From the NCBI GenBank assembly GCA_032128375.1, contig JAQBGU010000086.1:1-40360 (forward strand): 40,360 nucleotides of DNA. Reading direction: 5' to 3'. Made by a program: the position numbers and the translations under genes. Origin of the DNA: Deltaproteobacteria bacterium. GTDB taxonomy: Bacteria > Myxococcota_A > UBA9160 > SMWR01. The first letter of the stretch is position 1, and the number at the start of each line of letters is the position of its first letter. Positions 36,206-40,360 of this stretch are shown here, one piece after another. The notes under the pieces were generated by a model. That model did not search any database. It had not been told where the DNA came from and saw nothing but the letters and a program-made list of their open reading frames with translations.

Positions 36206-38505
36206 CCCTCGGGCGAATTCGAACCGGCCGGCTCCTCGCGCGTACGCTGCTCCTTCTTCTGCGGTGCGTCGGGCTCCGGCGAGCGCGAGCCCGCCACAGG
36301 GACGGGAGCCGCAACAGGCGGTGGTTTTGCCGGTGCGGCGAACGATGGATCGGATTCGGCTTCGTCTTGGGCCCCCCAGCCGAAGACGTCGCGCGCCATC
36401 GACCAGCGGCGTTTGTTTCCGGGAGGGTCCTTGCCTTCGAACCAGTATCGAAATAGCCGTTCGATCGTGCGGTCACTGCGTTTGAGCACCACCCAGGCGT
36501 CGATGAAGTCGGCCATCCGCCGATCGTCGCGTGCCGTCGCGTAGCCAACTGGCACGCGTAACAACACGGGGTGTGGCACCGCCACGGTGTACTGGGGGTA
36601 GATGAGCGTCCAGGCCGAGCCTGGCTCGGCGGCGAAGACGAGCGCGTCAAACTCTCTCTCATCGGCGCGAAAGACACGGCGCGGCGATTCCACAAGCGAG
36701 ATCTCGGCCTGCGGGAGGAACTCTCGGATCTTGGCGGCGTAGTGGTTGCGCTTCAACGTAGCCAGTCGGAGCGACGGGATCGCTTGCACCGCGGCGAGCG
36801 AACGGAACTCGTCGCGGCGATAGTCTCGCACCACGAAGGCCAGCGTCTCCTCGAGATAGGGCTCCGAGAAACTCATTCGTTCGAGCAGCTCAGGAGTGAT
36901 CGTGAGCCCTGTCATCGCCACGTCGAGCGCACCCGAGTCGAGCAGCTCGGGGAAGCGATCGCTGTTCGTGCGGAAGAAATCGGCTCGGACCTTCAGATCC
37001 CGCGCCAGCGCGTGCGCCATCTCCACGTCGAAACCGACGAGTTCACCCAGCGAATTGCGGAACGCGTACGGCACCTGGTCCGGCGCGTACCCGATGCGCA
37101 GCACCCCGCGCGCGCGCACTCGGCGAAGCGCGTCGCGATACGGTTCCGAGGGCGGCAGCGGATCGTCGTCCCGGTCGCGCCAAGCGACGACGGGCATCGA
37201 AAAGGAGCGCTGGATGAACGCGCGGTAGCCCTCGTAGGGTCGATCGAATCGCTCGAATCCCTGCCGAATGGCCAGCAGTGGCAGCGCGGCGAGGAGGGCC
37301 GACGTGAGCACCCACGTCAAGATCCTCCGAGGCTTCAAACGTACCCAGCCCACCGCTCCACAGCCGGCGACCAGCGAAAGGGCGAGAATGTTCATCGATC
37401 CCGCCAACGCACTGAAGCGCCCGCCGAGCACGCTGTCGAAGACCAGGTAAAGCTGGAACATGTCCGACGGGATGCGAAGCTGATCGAGCTGGAAGGGCAG
37501 TGAGACGGCAGAGCCGGCGAACGATGAAAACAGGCCGGTAAACGCGAATTCGGGGTAATCCAATCGAGAGACGGGGAAGCCCGACTGCCAGCCTGCGAAG
37601 AGCACGAACACCAAACCGAGTAGCTTGCCCGCACCCGCGAGGGTGAATGCGATCGGGACCACTACGCCCACCTGCCGACCGGCCTCCTCGTCGGCGCCCC
37701 GCTCGGCGAGTAACGATCGAGCGCGATCATCGAGGATCGGGAGCACGATGAACAGGCTACCCGTGGCGAAGGCCGTCACCAAAGCGTCTCGCGCCGGGCC
37801 GACGACCGCGCGATACGATAGCGGCGTGACGGCGGCCACCAGCGCGGGCAACACCCAGAAGGCGAGCACCAGCGACAACACCACGTGGGTGACGACGTAG
37901 ACTTCCATGCCGGCCAGCCGACTGGGTTCCATCGTCCCCGCGGCTTCCGCTGCGATCGCGAACAGGCCGTAGGGTGCAAGGCGCACCACGGCATTGCTGA
38001 TGCGCCGCAGCGCGTCTTGCGCAGCCAACAGGGTATCGAGCAGCGCCGCCTTGCGCTCGCTGGTCATCAAGGCCAGACCGAACGCGACGCTGAAGAAGAC
38101 CACCGCGGGCACGACGCCTTCGGACAGGGATCGGAATGGATTCGCGGGAATGTAGGCGTCGATGAAGTCGAACGCGGCGCGTTTCTCGACGAGGCCGACG
38201 CTGAAGTAGGAAGCCGTCGGCCACGCGGGAAAGGCGAGGGGTGAGGACAGGATGAGGAGGAGCACCACCCCCCAAATCACGAGCATGAAGCCGCCCGCGT
38301 ACCTGACGAGCGAACGCGTTCCTCGTCGATTCAGCCCCCCGAGCCCCGACATCAGCGAAATGGCCACGAACGGCAGCACGGCCATCTGGAGTAGCAGCAC
38401 GAAGCCGCGGCCAACGACTCCCATGAACGCCACTTGCTCGCCTGCGACGATGCCGGTCAGCACACCGAGGCCGAGGCTGATCAGTATTTTCGATGCAAAC
38501 GACAT
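36187..38505 (-). CDS. Cation:dicarboxylate/amino-acid symporter (DAACS/SDF) fused to a periplasmic amino-acid-binding (SBP_bac_3) domain
   Basis: KILISLGLG, FVLLLQM.VLPF, YIPANPFRSL, RLAPYGLFAI, then RGVLRIGY...GELVGFDVEMAHALA...FSEPY. Confidence 0.9.
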   Translation of the reverse strand: MSFASKILISLGLGVLTGIVAGEQVAFMGVVGRGFVLLLQMAVLPFVAISLMSGLGGLNRRGTRSLVRYAGGFMLVIWGVVLLLILSSPLAFPAWPTASYFSVGLVEKRAAFDFIDAYIPANPFRSLSEGVVPAVVFFSVAFGLALMTSERKAALLDTLLAAQDALRRISNAVVRLAPYGLFAIAAEAAGTMEPSRLAGMEVYVVTHVVLSLVLAFWVLPALVAAVTPLSYRAVVGPARDALVTAFATGSLFIVLPILDDRARSLLAERGADEEAGRQVGVVVPIAFTLAGAGKLLGLVFVLFAGWQSGFPVSRLDYPEFAFTGLFSSFAGSAVSLPFQLDQLRIPSDMFQLYLVFDSVLGGRFSALAGSMNILALSLVAGCGAVGWVRLKPRRILTWVLTSALLAALPLLAIRQGFERFDRPYEGYRAFIQRSFSMPVVAWRDRDDDPLPPSEPYRDALRRVRARGVLRIGYAPDQVPYAFRNSLGELVGFDVEMAHALARDLKVRADFFRTNSDRFPELLDSGALDVAMTGLTITPELLERMSFSEPYLEETLAFVVRDYRRDEFRSLAAVQAIPSLRLATLKRNHYAAKIREFLPQAEISLVESPRRVFRADEREFDALVFAAEPGSAWTLIYPQYTVAVPHPVLLRVPVGYATARDDRRMADFIDAWVVLKRSDRTIERLFRYWFEGKDPPGNKRRWSMARDVFGWGAQDEAESDPSFAAPAKPPPVAAPVPVAGSRSPEPDAPQKKEQRTREEPAGSNSPEGSTLEP

Positions 38506-38835
38506 CAGTGGAAGTTCCCTCGGCTCAGCTGTATGGACGCAGTGGCGAGCCGGCCCCAGGCTCCGGGGAAACGAGAGCCTCCGTGTCTGCACGCTGGCCC
38601 CAAGTTGCGGCCACAAACGGGTTGTCGACGCGATCGACGCTGCGCGTTCTCGAGGCGATCGCCCCCACGTGGACGTGACGGTAGCCGTTTTTCACGCTGC
38701 CGTTCCGCATCACCACGCCCGCCTCTACCCGTACATCGATCGTGGCGTCCGATCGTGGATAGGTCTCCAAACGGCTCTATCCGGCTCCGGCCACCGAGGA
38801 CGACTTTCCCGATCCCAATACCCCCGTGAATTCAA

Positions 38836-38911
38836 TGGCGCCCCCGGGAAGACTCGAACTTCCGACGCACGGTTTAGGAAACCGACGCTCTATCCTCTGA
38901 GCTACGGGGGC
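38836..38911 (-). tRNA. tRNA-Arg (CCT)
   Basis: Minus strand reads GCCCCCGTAGCTCAGAGGATAGAGCGTCGGTTTCCTAAACCGTGCGTCGGAAGTTCGAGTCTTCCCGGGGGCGCCA. Confidence 0.96.
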
Positions 38912-39262
38912 GTGGGGGACTACGCTACTGAATGTGAAAGCGTTTGCGAATTGTCGCAAGTCGCATGAGACTCGACGGCGCGAACTTCTCGAGCGAACTC
39001 CGCGAGCACTCGCGGGGGTCTGTCAGATCGCCGCTGAAGGCGTCACGGAAGTAACCCCACAAGTGTACGCGGGATGACTTTCACGACCAGTAGCCGCGCG
39101 GCGGTCTAGCAGGAATAGGTGCAGATACCAGCAACCGTCGCGAGGTCGTGCTCGAGAGGGCTTCTATCTGGTTGACCCTCGACGAAGCGTCGTGTCATTG
39201 TAATGGAGCCGCGCGGGCAATCGGTCTTTGCGGCTCCAAACCTGATGAACGGAGGTCGAGCG

Positions 39263-39946
39263 ATGGCACGGTCAATTCCGAGATGGACAACCTTGTTAGG
39301 TCTGCTTCTGTCGGTGCAGCTGGTCGCATCCAACGCCTCGGCGCTGGGCTGGCCGGAGGTCGGTGACGCAGGCGATCTCCTGCCGACGGCACAGGACACC
39401 GTTGGAAACGGCTCCCTGGATTTCGTTTCTGGCACGATCTTCACGTCGATCGACAAGGACATGTATCGGATCAACATCGTGGATCCGATCAACTTCAGTG
39501 CGAACGTCGCCGTTGGCGGATCGCTCTTGGATACGCAGGTCTTTCTCTTCGACTCATTGGGGTCAGGCATCTATGCGAATGACGATCCCAACGGCATCAA
39601 CCAGCTATCGAATCTTCCGGCCGGACTGGCGGCGGGTCCGACAGTTCCCGGTATTTACTACATCGCAATCTCGGGCCCGGACAACGACCCCACGACCCTC
39701 GGCGGCGAGATCTTCGACGACCTCAATCCCGGCGTTCAGATTCCGGTTCTATTGGGTGGGATCAGCGGCTGGTCGCCGACGGTTTCCGTGTTCGGGGGCA
39801 TTTATCAGATCGACCTGGTCGGCGCCGAGTTCGCGACAGCGGCTGTTCCCTCGCTGGGCGATTGGGGATTCGGGTTGCTCATTCTCGGACTTGCTGCGGG
39901 CAGCTCACGGATGCTTCGAACCGAGTTCGATCGAGCGGCGGGTTAG
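39263..39946 (+). CDS. DVUA0089-like exported protein with IPTL-CTERM sorting signal
   Basis: Signal peptide, EVGDAG.L..TAQ, D.DMYRI, DTQVFLFD..G.GI.ANDD and C-terminal VPSLGDWGFGLLILGL...RMLR. GGAGG SD. Confidence 0.85.
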   Translation: MARSIPRWTTLLGLLLSVQLVASNASALGWPEVGDAGDLLPTAQDTVGNGSLDFVSGTIFTSIDKDMYRINIVDPINFSANVAVGGSLLDTQVFLFDSLGSGIYANDDPNGINQLSNLPAGLAAGPTVPGIYYIAISGPDNDPTTLGGEIFDDLNPGVQIPVLLGGISGWSPTVSVFGGIYQIDLVGAEFATAAVPSLGDWGFGLLILGLAAGSSRMLRTEFDRAAG

Positions 39947-40089
39947 TCCCGACTCGACTCGGAATCCGACGCAGCGGTGATCCGCGACTCGACCACGTCT
40001 ACAAGGAAGTGACGGCGATTTTCTCGATCCACGACAAAAGCGACTCGATCGAGTGGGCGGGCTTGGGTAGATCGTCCGCGATTTCGAAT

Positions 40090-40359
40090 CTATCTCGGCT
40101 CGCGACGTGTTTTCATTGCGCACGTTGCGCGAGGTGTGTGATCGCCGCCAGGCAGAGTTCTGTTTGCGAGAAGCATCCAGCTGTCGAACTCGAGCAGTCT
40201 GTCGCCTCGAAAATCGTCGATATGGCGCATGTGAATGGCTTTGGCGGCCGCCGCGAGTTCAGGCGAACCTGGCGACGGAAGTGAATCGGGATCGAGCCCA
40301 AGTCGCGAAACGAGGACGTCGATCTCGGCCTCTTCCGGGTGGGCCCCGCAAGGAACGAA
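40090..40359 (-). CDS. 3' end of a hypothetical gene entering from the right edge, possibly degraded
   Basis: A 90-codon open frame (FVPCGAHPEEAEIDVLVSRLGLDP...). Protein-like sequence seems to continue in another frame to ~39998. Confidence 0.3.
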   Translation of the reverse strand, partial: FVPCGAHPEEAEIDVLVSRLGLDPDSLPSPGSPELAAAAKAIHMRHIDDFRGDRLLEFDSWMLLANRTLPGGDHTPRATCAMKTRREPR

Positions 40360-40360
40360 G

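Overview
GC-rich bacterial chromosome segment. Gene content points to Myxococcota or a deltaproteobacterial-type lineage (DUF4388 protein, extended IF3, PEP-CTERM and IPTL-CTERM proteins). Positions 1-22.5 kb are intact core genome: a partial CoxE-like vWA gene, miaB, a two-gene signalling module, guaB-guaA-dnaE, tRNA-Val and the thrS-infC-rpmI-rplT-pheS-pheT-ihfA-merR cluster. Positions 22.5-30.9 kb hold membrane and secreted proteins, tRNA-Pro with a sulfotransferase remnant, an M20 amidohydrolase, pcm, an nlpD-like gene, a Sel1-repeat protein and an NnrU-family protein. Positions 31-40 kb are accessory: a sigma54-type PEP-CTERM gene, a GDAP1-like GST, five recognisable gene remnants (BrnT, membrane sensor, methyltransferase, TerC, OprD-like porin), a symporter/binding-protein fusion, tRNA-Arg and an IPTL-CTERM protein. 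The most interesting unexplained items are: (i) a ~270-nt minus-strand transcription unit at 1166-1435 bounded by a near-consensus sigma70 promoter and an intrinsic terminator, a likely sRNA; (ii) a REC-GAF-degenerate GGDEF protein paired with a pseudo-REC/DUF4388/pseudo-GTPase protein just upstream of guaBA; (iii) a guaB leader with mutually exclusive helices; (iv) recurring short tandem repeats at gene ends. All calls come from reading motifs by eye; no database searches were run.
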